In this document: positions 44,181 to 54,744 of the stretch, piece by piece
Numbering within the stretch: position 1 is the stretch's first letter
Layout of the letters: each line of letters begins with the position of its first letter
From: an uncultured Lachnospiraceae bacterium
GTDB taxonomy: Bacteria > Bacillota > Clostridia > Lachnospirales > Lachnospiraceae
Length of the DNA stretch: 64,000 nucleotides
Direction of reading: 5' to 3'
Assembly: GCA_944380315.1 (NCBI GenBank)
Contig: CALWHG010000006.1
Location: 7,387 to 71,386 of the forward strand
The notes under the pieces: model-generated
Database searches by the model: none
What the model was told of the DNA's origin: nothing
Seen by the model: the letters and a program-made list of their open reading frames with translations, nothing else
Made by a program: the position numbers and the translations under genes

Positions 44181-46715
44181 TCAGGCTGAGCAGCTTTCAC
44201 ACTCCTCCACCTCCAGAGACTTGGAGCGCACATAGTAAAGGGTCTTGACCCCGCACTCCCATGCCCTGATATAAAGGTTCAGCACCTGCCTCAGTGTGTA
44301 GTCATTGGTTATATAGAGATTCATGCTCTGGGCCTGATCTATGTGTCTCTGTCTCACGCCGCAGGCACGGACAGACCACTCCTGATCTATGAGGTGAGCA
44401 TTTTTATAGTACCAGTAGGTATCCGCATCCAGATCCGGTGCTATCCTCGGCAGCATGCTTCCCTTCTTCTCCTCCAGGAAGAACTTCTTCATGATGGGAT
44501 CTATGCCTGCCGTAGTGCCTGCTATGATGGAGGTGGAGCCTGTAGGAGCTATGGCCAGCAGGTATCCATTCCTCATGCCCTGCCTTGCCACCTTTTCTCT
44601 TATCTTCCGCCAGCTCTCATCACTATAGCCTCGTTTGTCAAAGTAGGCTCCGGTCTGCCAGTCGCTGCCCTCGAAGTAGCCATATCTGCCCTTTTCCAGA
44701 GCCAGATCTGAGGATGCCTCCACTGCAGCCTGATTTATGGTCTCAAACACCTGATCCACGAACTCAAGATGCTCCTCCGACTCCCATCTGATGCCGTTTT
44801 TAGCCAGCATATGATGATAGCCGCTGCAGCCCAGTCCTATGGCCCGGTATTTCTGATTCGTCAATCTTGCATAGGGCACCGGATAGAAGTTAAGGTCTAT
44901 GACATTGTCAAGTGCCCTGACCACAGTCCTGACTATGTCCCTCATATAGGCCTTGTCGGTTACCGGCAGGCGTCCCAGGGACAGGCTGGCCAGGTTGCAG
45001 ACCACGAACTCTCCGGGTCTGGTGGTATTGACCACCACCGTGTCGCCATCCTTTGTCTCTATCCTGATGTCCACCGTCTCTATGGGCTTCATGTTCTGAG
45101 CTATCTCAGTGCAGAGATTTGAGCAGTATATGATGCCCTCATGGCCATTTGGATTGGCACGGTTCACCAGGTCCCTGTTGAAGGTGAAGGGTGTACCGGT
45201 CTCTACCGCAGACTTAAGTATCAGCCTCACCAGCTCCTTGAGCCTTATGGTCCTCTTTTCTATACGGGGATCCCTGACACAGTCCAGATATCTCTTTTCC
45301 CATTCCTCCCCGTAGTAGTCCTCCAGGCAATAGCCCTTCACGGTCTCTATGTCATGGGGACACATAAGGTACCAGTCCTGATCCAGGCTCTCCCTGGCCA
45401 TGCGCCAGAACAGATCCGGATAGCATACTGCGGGAAATACGTCGTGGGCCTTCATACGGTCATCGCCGTTGTTGGTACGGAGGTTAAGGAACTCTGGTAT
45501 GTCCCTGTGCCATACATCCAGATATACGGCTACAGCACCCTGTCTCATGCCCAGCTGGTCCACTGCCACCGCAGTATCATTTATGATACGTATCCAGCGT
45601 ATGACTCCGCCTGCTGCGCCCTCAAAGCCTCTGATGGCGCTGCCCTTGGCCCTGACCTTGCCAAAGTAGAGTCCCATTCCTCCGCCGAACTTGCTGACCT
45701 CGGCGAAGTTGTCCACAGACCTGAAGATGCCTCTCAGGGAGTCAGGCACTGTATCTATGAAGCAGCTGGACAGCTGATGATAGGGCTTCCTGGCATTAGA
45801 TGTGGTCGGAGTAGCCATGGTCACCTCAAGCCTTGAGAGCATGTCATAGAAGCGCCCTACCCAGTGCATTCTGTCCTTTTCCTTCATGGCCAGATGCAGG
45901 GCTATGCCCATGAACATCTCCTGCGGCGACTCAAGAGCCACATGACTGTGGGTCTTTATGACATAGCGGCTTATGACCAGATCGAGCCCTGCGTAGTCAA
46001 ATAGCTCGTCCCTACTGTCATCTATCAGCCTTTCGGCCTCGTCTATCTCGCTTCTGCTGTAGTTTTCCAGTATATAGCTTCCATAAAGGCCCTCATCCGT
46101 CAGATAGCGGAGCTTGTCATAAAAGCTGCCTATAGCCCTGCGGCCAAGCTCCGCATCCAGCCTTCTGTGGAAGGAAAATGAAAGTATGCGGGCAGCGATG
46201 TAGCCCCACCTGGAGGCATTTTCATCAGTAAGCTCCACTGCCGCCTTTGTAAGGGCATCCAGCTTTTCATCCGTGCCCATGTCAGGCTTGAGGAAGCTTC
46301 TGAATTTTTCCGAAAGCCGAAGGAGGCTGTACTCCTCTCCGGGAAAATCCTTTTCTATCCTGAGCAGCACATCAGAAAGTCCCTCTGCTCCGGTGCTGTC
46401 AGTTATGAAGCGTCTGGCATCCCGAAGCTCGGTGCGCTTCCTGCGATAAAGGATGTAGGCCCTTGCCTCCGCAAAGTGGCCCCTCTCCATGAGAGCCTCC
46501 TCCACCTTGTCCTGTATGGCCTCCACCGTAATCCCGGGAAGCTCGTCTCCGGCCTCCAGGATACCGGTCTTGGTCTCCGTCAGCCTGAGTATGTCCTTAA
46601 GCTCCTCCTCCGAGACCTGACTTCCGGTGCCCTTAAAGGCCTTCCTTACTGCATTTATGATCTTGTCAGGCTCATAGCCTTCCTTCTGTCCATTCCTTTT
46701 TATGATATATAGCAT
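44181..46715 (-). CDS. nrdA: Ribonucleoside-diphosphate reductase alpha subunit with an N-terminal ATP-cone (class Ia-like)
   Basis: ATP-cone IIKRNGQKEGYEPDKI, catalytic NLCTEI and PTGSTS, and a C-terminal CxxC pair (ECESCSA). Confidence 0.92.
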   Translation of the reverse strand: MLYIIKRNGQKEGYEPDKIINAVRKAFKGTGSQVSEEELKDILRLTETKTGILEAGDELPGITVEAIQDKVEEALMERGHFAEARAYILYRRKRTELRDARRFITDSTGAEGLSDVLLRIEKDFPGEEYSLLRLSEKFRSFLKPDMGTDEKLDALTKAAVELTDENASRWGYIAARILSFSFHRRLDAELGRRAIGSFYDKLRYLTDEGLYGSYILENYSRSEIDEAERLIDDSRDELFDYAGLDLVISRYVIKTHSHVALESPQEMFMGIALHLAMKEKDRMHWVGRFYDMLSRLEVTMATPTTSNARKPYHQLSSCFIDTVPDSLRGIFRSVDNFAEVSKFGGGMGLYFGKVRAKGSAIRGFEGAAGGVIRWIRIINDTAVAVDQLGMRQGAVAVYLDVWHRDIPEFLNLRTNNGDDRMKAHDVFPAVCYPDLFWRMARESLDQDWYLMCPHDIETVKGYCLEDYYGEEWEKRYLDCVRDPRIEKRTIRLKELVRLILKSAVETGTPFTFNRDLVNRANPNGHEGIIYCSNLCTEIAQNMKPIETVDIRIETKDGDTVVVNTTRPGEFVVCNLASLSLGRLPVTDKAYMRDIVRTVVRALDNVIDLNFYPVPYARLTNQKYRAIGLGCSGYHHMLAKNGIRWESEEHLEFVDQVFETINQAAVEASSDLALEKGRYGYFEGSDWQTGAYFDKRGYSDESWRKIREKVARQGMRNGYLLAIAPTGSTSIIAGTTAGIDPIMKKFFLEEKKGSMLPRIAPDLDADTYWYYKNAHLIDQEWSVRACGVRQRHIDQAQSMNLYITNDYTLRQVLNLYIRAWECGVKTLYYVRSKSLEVEECESCSA

Positions 46716-46760
46716 CCATCATCTCCTGTGTCTCTGGTGTCTCTTGTCATGCGGGCGGCC

Positions 46761-48152
46761 TTATACAGGCTTCCCGGCGGCTCTGTACCGCTTCATAAGT
46801 CTCTTCAGTACCACGAGTATGACTATGGTGTAGACCACACCCTTTGCTATGCTGGTGACCGTATAGGTCCACCAGATGCCGTCCACTCCCAGACTTGACC
46901 CACTGAGCAGATAGCCAAGCGGTATACGTATACCCGTAAGGCTCATGCATATCAGGGAGCATAAGCCCGTATGTCCCAGTCCGCTCAGGGCTCCGTTCGT
47001 CATGATCTCTATGCATACAAAGAGCTCGCCGTATGCAATGATCTGCATATAGTTGGCTCCAAGGGGTATGAGCTCCTCCTCATGCAGGAATATACGGTAC
47101 AGAGGCCCGGACCCGAAATACAGTATGCCCGAGGCTATGATGCCCCATACTATCATGAGCTTCACAGCCGCCAGATAGCAGCCCTTGACCCTGTCCATCC
47201 TGCCTGCTCCATAGTTCTGGGCTATGAAGGCATTTACCGCAGCTCCAAAGCCCTGGCCTGTCATCCAGGCTATCTGCTCTATGTTGGCTCCCACCTTCTG
47301 GACTGCCACTATGTCGTCTCCGAAGGAGGATACCATGCGGGTCAGCATCATGCCCACAAAGCTGTAGAAGGTATCCTGCAGCGCCGCAGGAAGCCCCATC
47401 CTGGTGATCCTGATATAGTATTTTCTGTTTACTCGCTCAAATATGCCTATCCTTCTGAGGATCGCATAATCGCTCTGCTTCCTTTTAAGGATAAATATCG
47501 CCGTCACCACGGCCTGGGCTCCCACTGTGGCTATGGCAGCACCCTCCACTCCAAGCTCCGGGAAGGGCCCTACTCCCAGTATGAGCAGTGGATCGAAGAC
47601 CATATTGCCCAGCAGCCCCACGCAGTTTGCCAGGAACGGAGTCCTGGAATCTCCCAGGGCCGTATATATACCTGTAAATGTAAGATTGAGGGCCTGGAAT
47701 ACGTAAAGTCCGCAGGCTATACGGTTGTAGCTCTCCGCCATCCCTATGGTAACTGCATCATTGAGTCCTATGAAGTCTATCATCTGGGGCGTAAATATGA
47801 GCGCAAGCAGCGAAAAGATGAGCATAAGCCCTACAGTCAGCTTGAGTGAGGCCCGAAGGAAGCTTCCTGCCCGCTCCTCATTGCCTGCTCCTATGCTCTG
47901 GGCAAGCTCTATCTGTCCACCCATCTTCGGTATGGTCACGAGACCTGAGGCCAGCCAGGTAAACATGCCAGCAGCGCCTACCGCAGCAGTAGCCCTGGAG
48001 CCTACAAGCCCTATCCAGGCCATGTCAGTAAGGCTATAGGCTGTCTGTACGAAGCCCGTAGCCATGATGGGTATGGCAAGTCTTGAAAGATTGAGGAGTA
48101 TCGGCCCGGAAAGCAGGTCGGTGCTCCTCCTCTTTACATTTTTATTTTCCAC
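46761..48152 (-). CDS. MATE family efflux transporter
   Basis: 463 aa: LAIPIMATGFVQTAYSLTDMAWIG and a 12-TM layout. Confidence 0.88.
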   Translation of the reverse strand: MENKNVKRRSTDLLSGPILLNLSRLAIPIMATGFVQTAYSLTDMAWIGLVGSRATAAVGAAGMFTWLASGLVTIPKMGGQIELAQSIGAGNEERAGSFLRASLKLTVGLMLIFSLLALIFTPQMIDFIGLNDAVTIGMAESYNRIACGLYVFQALNLTFTGIYTALGDSRTPFLANCVGLLGNMVFDPLLILGVGPFPELGVEGAAIATVGAQAVVTAIFILKRKQSDYAILRRIGIFERVNRKYYIRITRMGLPAALQDTFYSFVGMMLTRMVSSFGDDIVAVQKVGANIEQIAWMTGQGFGAAVNAFIAQNYGAGRMDRVKGCYLAAVKLMIVWGIIASGILYFGSGPLYRIFLHEEELIPLGANYMQIIAYGELFVCIEIMTNGALSGLGHTGLCSLICMSLTGIRIPLGYLLSGSSLGVDGIWWTYTVTSIAKGVVYTIVILVVLKRLMKRYRAAGKPV

Positions 48153-48164
48153 TTAAAACCTCTC

Positions 48165-49178
48165 TCAGATGAGCTCTCTCTTTATGAGCTCCTCAAGTAT
48201 CTGCACCGCATTTGTAGCTGCGCCCTTGCGGAGCTGATCGAAGGATATCCACATGTTGAGGGCATGATCATTGACCGTGTCCTTCCTGATACGGCCCACA
48301 TAGGTCTTGTCCGTATCTGTGCTGGTCACGGGCATGGGATATACAAGATGCTCTGGATCGTCCTGAAGCACTATATAGTCCTCTGCAGCAAACAGCTCCC
48401 TGCACTTTTCAACTGACAGAGGCTTCTCCGTCTCAAGATATACTGCCTCACAGTGGCTGCGCATGACGGGTATCCTGACTGCACATACGGGAGTCACGCC
48501 TATGGCATCATCGCCCATGATCTTATGAGTCTCCCATACCAGCTTCATCTCCTCCTTGGTATAGTCTCCGTCTACCCACACATCTATCTGGGGGATGACA
48601 TTGAAGGCTATCTGATAAGGAAAATGCTCCGGATGGATGGGCTCGCCCTTGAGGACCTGCATAGACTGCTCCTTCAGCTCCTCCATGGCCTCCCTGCCTG
48701 CGCCTGAGCAGGCCTGATATGTGGAGACTATGGCTCTCTTTACCTTGGCATACTTATGTATGGGCCAGAGGGCAGTCACCAGCAGTATGGTGGAGCAGTT
48801 GGGATTGGCTATAAGGTTATGATGTCCCTCCAGGGCATCGGCATTTACCTCAGGCACTACCAGGGGTACATCCGGCTCGTAACGGAAGGTACTGGAGTTG
48901 TCTATGACCACGCATCCCATCTCTGCTGCAGCACGTCCGAAGGCCTTGGAGGCAGGTCCGCCAGCAAAGAGGGCCACATCACAGTCCCTGAAGGAATCAA
49001 GCGTGGCTTCCTCTACCGTATATTCCTTTCCATCTACCATGAGCTTGGTCCCGGCGCTCCTCTTTGAGGCCAGGAGCTTGAGCTCCGTGTAGGGTATCTT
49101 CCTCTCCGTAACTATCTTGATGAGCTCAGCGCCCACGGCACCCGTAGCTCCAACTATAGCAAGTCTCAGCTGCTTCAT
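48165..49178 (-). CDS. asd: Aspartate-semialdehyde dehydrogenase
   Basis: IVGATGAVG (NAD-binding), NPNCSTI (active-site Cys) and SGAGREAMEEL. Confidence 0.92.
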   Translation of the reverse strand: MKQLRLAIVGATGAVGAELIKIVTERKIPYTELKLLASKRSAGTKLMVDGKEYTVEEATLDSFRDCDVALFAGGPASKAFGRAAAEMGCVVIDNSSTFRYEPDVPLVVPEVNADALEGHHNLIANPNCSTILLVTALWPIHKYAKVKRAIVSTYQACSGAGREAMEELKEQSMQVLKGEPIHPEHFPYQIAFNVIPQIDVWVDGDYTKEEMKLVWETHKIMGDDAIGVTPVCAVRIPVMRSHCEAVYLETEKPLSVEKCRELFAAEDYIVLQDDPEHLVYPMPVTSTDTDKTYVGRIRKDTVNDHALNMWISFDQLRKGAATNAVQILEELIKRELI

Positions 49179-49208
49179 GACATGTCCTCCTTATGTATGA
49201 TCATTGAA

Positions 49209-49787
49209 TTATACAAGTATGTCCTCAAGGCTCCTCTTGGGCACGTGATGCACCCTCTCTGCATCTCTGTAATATGCAGTGGAGCCATCCTTCATGTCCT
49301 CTATACGGACCTTCTCCACGCCCTTTCCCAGGGCCAGCACCAGCACCGGCTCATAGGCCTCCTTGTCGAGGCCCAGCTCAGTCATGAGGCTGTCCTTTTT
49401 GATGCTTCCGAGCATACAGCCCGCATAGCCCATGATATTGGCTCCGAGCAGCATGACCTCCGCACATATGCCCATGTCTTCCCCTCTGGGAGCACCCATG
49501 GATCTGTCATTAAGGAAAATGATATATGCCGAGGGCGCCTCCTCAGGCACGGGAGTTCCCTCCTTGCCAAGAGATGCTGCAAATACCACGTTGTGAAATA
49601 CCTTGGTACAGTCATCCTCGGTATTTACGGGATGGAATCTCAGCTTCTGCTTATTTGAAGCCGAGGGGCAGTATCTGCTGAGCTCTATGAGCTCCCGGAG
49701 CTCATCCATGCCTATGGCCCTGCCATGGTCATAGCGTCTTACGGAACGGGAAGACTTGACTAACTCCTTAAAATGCTCCATATCCAT
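49209..49787 (-). CDS. Nitroreductase-family flavoprotein
   Basis: RRSVRRY-like SRSVRRYD and CPSASNKQ. Start trimmed to ATG 49787 (AGGAGG, 8 nt, ATG). Confidence 0.8.
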   Translation of the reverse strand: MDMEHFKELVKSSRSVRRYDHGRAIGMDELRELIELSRYCPSASNKQKLRFHPVNTEDDCTKVFHNVVFAASLGKEGTPVPEEAPSAYIIFLNDRSMGAPRGEDMGICAEVMLLGANIMGYAGCMLGSIKKDSLMTELGLDKEAYEPVLVLALGKGVEKVRIEDMKDGSTAYYRDAERVHHVPKRSLEDILV

Positions 49788-49870
49788 ACAAATGACCTCC
49801 TGTATCTGCGACATCATCACATATCCATATCTGTACTTGATATAGTCTACTTCCCTTTTGATATACTGTC

Positions 49871-49907
49871 AAACAAAAAGAGTGCCGAAAATACTGCTTC
49901 GGCACTC
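49871..49907 (-). terminator. Rho-independent terminator after the cell-wall-binding-repeat gene
   Basis: On the minus strand, GAGTGCCGAA-gcagtatt-TTCGGCACTC is a perfect 10-bp stem, followed by TTTTTGTTT. Confidence 0.75.
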
Positions 49908-49928
49908 CATATGACTATGTCATTATAT

Positions 49929-51248
49929 TCAGTTCTTACCGCTCTGTACCCAGACGCCGTTTGCATCCACGTAAAAGACTCCGTCTATGACCGTGTTCCT
50001 GGCCATGAAGCCATAGGCCCCGCCTGTGCTGCCTTCGGGATAGAAATAGTACCAGTTTCCATTTATCTGATACCAGCCCGTGACCATGGCACCGCTCTCA
50101 TTGAAATAATAGGTCTTGTCACCCACGGTCCAGAACAGGTTGCGGACCAGACAGCCCTCAAACTCATCCTTTGTGGTATTCATGAAATACCACTTGCCCT
50201 CGTCATGGACCCAGCCTGTCTTCATATGTCCATTGGTGGGATCGAAGTAGTACCATATGCCGTTTTTATCCTGAGCCCAGCCGGTATACATCCTGCCATT
50301 GGCATCAAACATGTAGCTCTTTCCGTTTATGGTCAGCCATCCGTTGGTCACCAGCTGTCCGTTGGGATAGCGGAAATACCAGTAGCCTGCCACCTGTATC
50401 CAGCCTGCAGCATTTGTATTGCCGGTTCCTGTGGGACTTGAGTTGCCGCTTATGCCCGAATTGAGGCTGCTTCCTCCGTTTTCATCAAGGGTGGTCTGTC
50501 CCAGTCCGTCTGATACCTCACCCTCGCCTATATAGAGGGTATTTGACTCGGACCACTCGGAATTTTTGCCCACGCTTGAGCTCATGTTGGGAGGGGCCAC
50601 CGCCCTTACCCTGAAGCTGTAATCTCCGGCCTTTGTCATATAGGGATAGAAGTTGTACATGGTGCCATGATAGTTCGTCAGTTTCTTCACTGCCGTGGAA
50701 CCACGATAACAGGTCACGTCAAAGTAGCCGGAGGAATTGTCTCCCTCATCCCATATGGCAGTGCCCCTTGAGGAGGACCAGTATGCCTCGATGGGCGGAT
50801 CATATGTGCCTCTGACTGCATTGACCCTGACGGTCAGCTCAAGAGTATAGCCGCTGTCCCTGACGGCCGCGGATATGAGCTCTCCGTTGGTCACATGGAC
50901 ATTGCTGGAGTTATAGGTGCCCCTGAACAGATAAATGGTGTTTACCCGCTCAGTATAGGTCTCCTTGGGGAGCGCATTGAGATATATCTTTATCCTGGGC
51001 TGATCTCCCACCCTTACCATGTTGACCATATCCAGCCAGTCTGCAGACTCCAGATAATAATACTGGTTGTCTGACATGCTCACATAGGAGGATGCGTCAT
51101 CTGCCAGATAGTCTCCGGCAGTCAGATCACCAAGACTTATGCTCACCCTTACTGAGGGTATGGGCCTGATCCTTTCGTAGGCATATGCCGAAAATGCCCC
51201 CGCAAGGAGCATCAAAAATACGGATATGGAAAATAATATCTTCTTCAT
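49929..51248 (-). CDS. Secreted protein with C-terminal cell-wall/choline-binding repeats (CW_binding_1 type)
   Basis: Signal peptide (ISVFLMLLAGAFSAYA). The C-terminus carries at least 6 about 20-aa repeats of the GW..(x)G.WYYF..nG.m.tGW type. Confidence 0.8.
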   Translation of the reverse strand: MKKILFSISVFLMLLAGAFSAYAYERIRPIPSVRVSISLGDLTAGDYLADDASSYVSMSDNQYYYLESADWLDMVNMVRVGDQPRIKIYLNALPKETYTERVNTIYLFRGTYNSSNVHVTNGELISAAVRDSGYTLELTVRVNAVRGTYDPPIEAYWSSSRGTAIWDEGDNSSGYFDVTCYRGSTAVKKLTNYHGTMYNFYPYMTKAGDYSFRVRAVAPPNMSSSVGKNSEWSESNTLYIGEGEVSDGLGQTTLDENGGSSLNSGISGNSSPTGTGNTNAAGWIQVAGYWYFRYPNGQLVTNGWLTINGKSYMFDANGRMYTGWAQDKNGIWYYFDPTNGHMKTGWVHDEGKWYFMNTTKDEFEGCLVRNLFWTVGDKTYYFNESGAMVTGWYQINGNWYYFYPEGSTGGAYGFMARNTVIDGVFYVDANGVWVQSGKN

Positions 51249-51335
51249 GGCCTACCTCCATGGGGAAGCCCGACTATATACGGCCTGCCTTCAATATTAT
51301 GCCCTGCACGGGCGCACCTCCCCTTTGTAATTCAG

Positions 51336-51364
51336 ATTATATAATTTCCGCTTTCATAAGTCAA
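51336..51364 (-). promoter_or_regulatory. Sigma-70-type promoter of the cell-wall-binding-repeat gene
   Basis: The minus strand reads TTGACT, a 17-nt spacer, then TATAAT. Confidence 0.55.
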
Positions 51365-51391
51365 TTTACGAAAAGCTGTACTATTCCTTAC

Positions 51392-51429
51392 ATAAAAACA
51401 AGGATGAAGACTTATATCTTCATCCTTGT
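51392..51429 (-). terminator. Rho-independent terminator ending the alpha operon (after rplQ)
   Basis: On the minus strand, ACAAGGATGAAGA-tataag-TCTTCATCCTTGT is a perfect 13-bp stem, followed by TTTTTAT. Confidence 0.85.
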
Positions 51430-51461
51430 CTGTTATCAGTGTCACTGAACTGATCTTTCGA

Positions 51462-52010
51462 TCATACCAGCTCGAGTACTACCTCCATGGCTGCATCGCC
51501 CTTACGGGGTCCGATCTTGATGATACGGGTATATCCACCGTTGCGGCTTGCATACTTGGGAGCATACTCATCGAAAAGCTTTCCTGCAAGGTCAGCTTCC
51601 TTGGTAGCCTTCTTACGGCCTGATACCTTCTCAGGTACCTCTGTCACATCATAAAGGACTGAGAGCATCTTACGTCTTGCATGAAGTCTTGAAGGCTTGT
51701 CCTTCTTTACGGTCTTCTTTACCTCGTCGTAAACAGTGACCTTCTTCTGCTTGCCGTTGATCTCCTTGACTTCTTTTACCCTCTTGCCGTCCTTGTCCTT
51801 GCGGGGAACCTTAGCAGTCACCTCAACGGTCTCGAAGTTGTCCTTCTCCTTAACGGCGAGTGCTATAAGGGGCTCAACTATCCTTCTTACTTCCTTGGCT
51901 CTTGCCTCGGTAGTAACTATCCTTCCATGATAAAGCAGAGCTGTTACCTGGTTTCTCAGAAGAGCCTTCCTCTGGGAAGATGTCTTTCCTAATTTTCTGT
52001 ATCCTGGCAT
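51462..52010 (-). CDS. rplQ: 50S ribosomal protein bL17, long form with Lys-rich internal insertions
   Basis: N-terminal [17 protein letters not shown]...[17 protein letters not shown] and C-terminal [15 protein letters not shown]. It is 182 aa, against about 115-130 in the forms I recall. Confidence 0.9.
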   Translation of the reverse strand: MPGYRKLGKTSSQRKALLRNQVTALLYHGRIVTTEARAKEVRRIVEPLIALAVKEKDNFETVEVTAKVPRKDKDGKRVKEVKEINGKQKKVTVYDEVKKTVKKDKPSRLHARRKMLSVLYDVTEVPEKVSGRKKATKEADLAGKLFDEYAPKYASRNGGYTRIIKIGPRKGDAAMEVVLELV

Positions 52011-52087
52011 CTTGAAAATCCTCCTATTGTGCCTGTGGTCTTATCAATGGGAACCGCTTCACCGGGTCATGCCCGGAAGTCGGTATC

Positions 52088-53041
52088 TTACTCCTGAGTA
52101 TTGAGGGAGAGTCCCAGCTCCTTGAGCTTTGCAAGCACCTCATCAAGGGACTTGCGGCCCAGGTTGCGGACCTTCATCATCTCATCGGGAGTCTTGGAGC
52201 AAAGCTCCTGAACGGTATTGATGCCTGCCCTCTTGAGGCAGTTGTATGAACGCACGGAAAGCTCAAGCTCATCGATATTGATGGCCATGACCTTGCCCTT
52301 CTCATCGTCCTCCTTCTCGATCATGACCTCTGCCTCCTTGGCATTTTCGGAAAGGTCGATGAAGAGGTTGAGATGCTCGGAAAGGACCTTGGCTGCAAGG
52401 CTTACGGCCTCATCCGGTGCAAGTGTACCGTTCGTATACACGTCAAGGGTCAGCTTGTCAAAGTCTGTCTGCTGTCCCACACGGGTATTTTCAACATTCA
52501 TATTTACCCTCTCTACAGGGGTAAATATGGAATCTATGGCGATAGTGCCTATGGGCATATCGTCAGTCTTGTTCTTGTCGGCTCCGGCATATCCGCGTCC
52601 GTCAGTGATCGTCAGCTCCATGTTGAGCTTTGCGTCAGGTCCGCTGAGTGTAGCTATGACCTGATCAGGATTCATGATCTCTATGTCACTGTCGACCTGT
52701 ATGTCCGACGCCCTTACTACACCCTCGCCCTCAAAATCTATATATGCGGTCTTGGGTGCAGGATCGGTAGCATGGTTCTTTATGGCCAGCTCCTTGACAT
52801 TCATGACTATCTCCGTCACGTCCTCCTTGACGTCGGGGATGGATGAAAACTCATGGAGCACACCGTTTATCTTGATCCTGCTGACAGCCGTGCCCGGAAG
52901 AGATGAAAGCATGATGCGTCTTAAGGAGTTTCCGAGGGTTATCCCGTAACCCCTTTCCAAAGGCTCGCATACAAACTTGCCATACTTCTTGTCATCAGAG
53001 ATCTCAACGATCTCAACGTTTGGTTTTTCAAAATCAAACAT
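52088..53041 (-). CDS. rpoA: DNA-directed RNA polymerase subunit alpha
   Basis: [20 protein letters not shown] (NTD) and [20 protein letters not shown] (CTD). Confidence 0.97.
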   Translation of the reverse strand: MFDFEKPNVEIVEISDDKKYGKFVCEPLERGYGITLGNSLRRIMLSSLPGTAVSRIKINGVLHEFSSIPDVKEDVTEIVMNVKELAIKNHATDPAPKTAYIDFEGEGVVRASDIQVDSDIEIMNPDQVIATLSGPDAKLNMELTITDGRGYAGADKNKTDDMPIGTIAIDSIFTPVERVNMNVENTRVGQQTDFDKLTLDVYTNGTLAPDEAVSLAAKVLSEHLNLFIDLSENAKEAEVMIEKEDDEKGKVMAINIDELELSVRSYNCLKRAGINTVQELCSKTPDEMMKVRNLGRKSLDEVLAKLKELGLSLNTQE

Positions 53042-53091
53042 CTAACGCACTCCTCTCTTCGACGCTGAAAAGATCCTGCCTTTAAAGGGCA

Positions 53092-53685
53092 TTATTTGGA
53101 ATACAGCTCGACTATAAGCATCTCGTTAACGGGTACGTCTATGGCTTCTCTCTTGGGAAGCTCCTTGACTGTGCCTTTCAGGTTCTCCTTGTCTGACTCA
53201 AGCCAGTCAGGTACCAGACGGCTGCCGGTCACTTCCATGACATCCTTATATCTCTGGGAAGCCTTATGCTTTTCCTTGATCTCGATCACATCTCCTGCCT
53301 TTACAAGGTATGAGGGGATGTTTACCTGCTTACCGTTTACAAGTACATGCTTATGATCAACGATCTGCCTTGCCTCTTTTCTGGTACGAGCCCAGCCAAG
53401 ACGGAAGAGCACGTTGTCAAGCCTGCACTCCAGCATGGTCATCAGGTTCTCACCTGTCTGGCCTTCCATACGCTCAGCCTTAGCGTAGTAGTTACGGAAA
53501 GGCTTCTCAAGAACGCCGTAAATGAACTTAGCCTTCTGCTTCTCACGAAGCTGAGTCCCATACTCCGAAAGCTTCCTTCCGGTCCTCTGGGTCTTTCTGT
53601 TAGATTTTTTGTCTATTCCTAAATATACAGGATCCAGATCAAGAGATCTGCATCTTTTAAGAACAGGAACTCTATCTACTGCCAT
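53092..53685 (-). CDS. rpsD: 30S ribosomal protein uS4
   Basis: [18 protein letters not shown] and [20 protein letters not shown] (S4 RNA-binding domain). Confidence 0.95.
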   Translation of the reverse strand: MAVDRVPVLKRCRSLDLDPVYLGIDKKSNRKTQRTGRKLSEYGTQLREKQKAKFIYGVLEKPFRNYYAKAERMEGQTGENLMTMLECRLDNVLFRLGWARTRKEARQIVDHKHVLVNGKQVNIPSYLVKAGDVIEIKEKHKASQRYKDVMEVTGSRLVPDWLESDKENLKGTVKELPKREAIDVPVNEMLIVELYSK

Positions 53686-53699
53686 TTCTTACCTCCAAA

Positions 53700-54104
53700 T
53701 CAGACTCTTCTACGCTTCGGCGGACGACATCCGTTATGAGGAACGGGAGTAACGTCCTTTATGCTTGTTACCTGCAGGCCTGCTGCCTGAAGGGCACGAA
53801 TCGCAGCCTCACGTCCCGAACCAGGGCCCTTGACCATTACATCCACTGTCTTCAGGCCATGAACCAAAGCCGCTTTGGTAGCAGTTTCGGCAGCCATCTG
53901 TGCTGCATATGGAGTAGATTTCCTTGAACCTCTAAATCCCAGACCGCCGGCACTTGCCCATGAAAGAGCGTTGCCCTGAGCATCAGTCAACGTAACTATA
54001 GTGTTGTTGAAAGATGACTGGATATGTGCCTGTCCGTGTTCAACGTTTTTTCTGACGCGCTTCTTAGTTGTCTTCTTAGCGCCTGCTGACACTTTCTTTG
54101 CCAT
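53700..54104 (-). CDS. rpsK: 30S ribosomal protein uS11
   Basis: [18 protein letters not shown] and [14 protein letters not shown]. Confidence 0.96.
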   Translation of the reverse strand: MAKKVSAGAKKTTKKRVRKNVEHGQAHIQSSFNNTIVTLTDAQGNALSWASAGGLGFRGSRKSTPYAAQMAAETATKAALVHGLKTVDVMVKGPGSGREAAIRALQAAGLQVTSIKDVTPVPHNGCRPPKRRRV

Positions 54105-54178
54105 ATAAAACTAACCTACTTTCTTTCCAACCGGTTTCTGTGCTTAAAACATGCTGATCATGCTTGTCAGATACCTGT

Positions 54179-54547
54179 TTACTTCTTCTTGTTTGCTACA
54201 GTCTTCTTGGGACCCTTACGTGTCCTTGCGTTGGTCTTAGTCCTCTGACCGCGAACGGGCAGACTCCTTCTGTGACGTATACCACGATAGCAACCGATCT
54301 CCTGAAGCCTCTTGATATTCATAGCGATCTCTCTTCTGAGATCTCCCTCGACCACCTGAGACTGAGCGATAACGTCAGCTATCCTTTTAACTTCGTCATC
54401 AGTAAGATCCTTGACGCGAGTATCCGGATCGACATCTGCTTCCTTAAGTATGCGCTTTGATGAGGGTACGCCTATACCATAGATATAGGTAAGTCCTATC
54501 TCGATGCGCTTCTCTCTCGGAAGATCCACGCCAGCTATACGAGCCAT
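54179..54547 (-). CDS. rpsM: 30S ribosomal protein uS13
   Basis: [26 protein letters not shown]. Confidence 0.96.
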   Translation of the reverse strand: MARIAGVDLPREKRIEIGLTYIYGIGVPSSKRILKEADVDPDTRVKDLTDDEVKRIADVIAQSQVVEGDLRREIAMNIKRLQEIGCYRGIRHRRSLPVRGQRTKTNARTRKGPKKTVANKKK

Positions 54548-54561
54548 GTTTTACCTCCTGA

Positions 54562-54675
54562 TCATCCTTGTCTCTGCTTATGCTTAGGGTTCTCACAGAT
54601 AACTCTGATAACACCCTTTCTTTTTATAACCTTGCATTTTTCGCATATAGGTTTTACCGAAGATCTAACTTTCAT
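54562..54675 (-). CDS. rpmJ: 50S ribosomal protein bL36 (zinc-ribbon form)
   Basis: Not in the ORF track because it is too short. The hand translation is [43 protein letters not shown] precedes the ATG. Confidence 0.93.
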   Translation of the reverse strand: MKVRSSVKPICEKCKVIKRKGVIRVICENPKHKQRQG

Positions 54676-54715
54676 TACAAATCTCCTTTCTAACACCTGA
54701 CAGAGTTGCCGAAAT

Positions 54716-54744
54716 ATTATAGCAAAATACTATATTTTTTGCAA
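54716..54744 (-). promoter_or_regulatory. Internal sigma-70-type promoter upstream of rpmJ (start of the alpha operon)
   Basis: The minus strand reads TTGCAA, a 17-nt spacer, then TATAAT. Confidence 0.55.
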
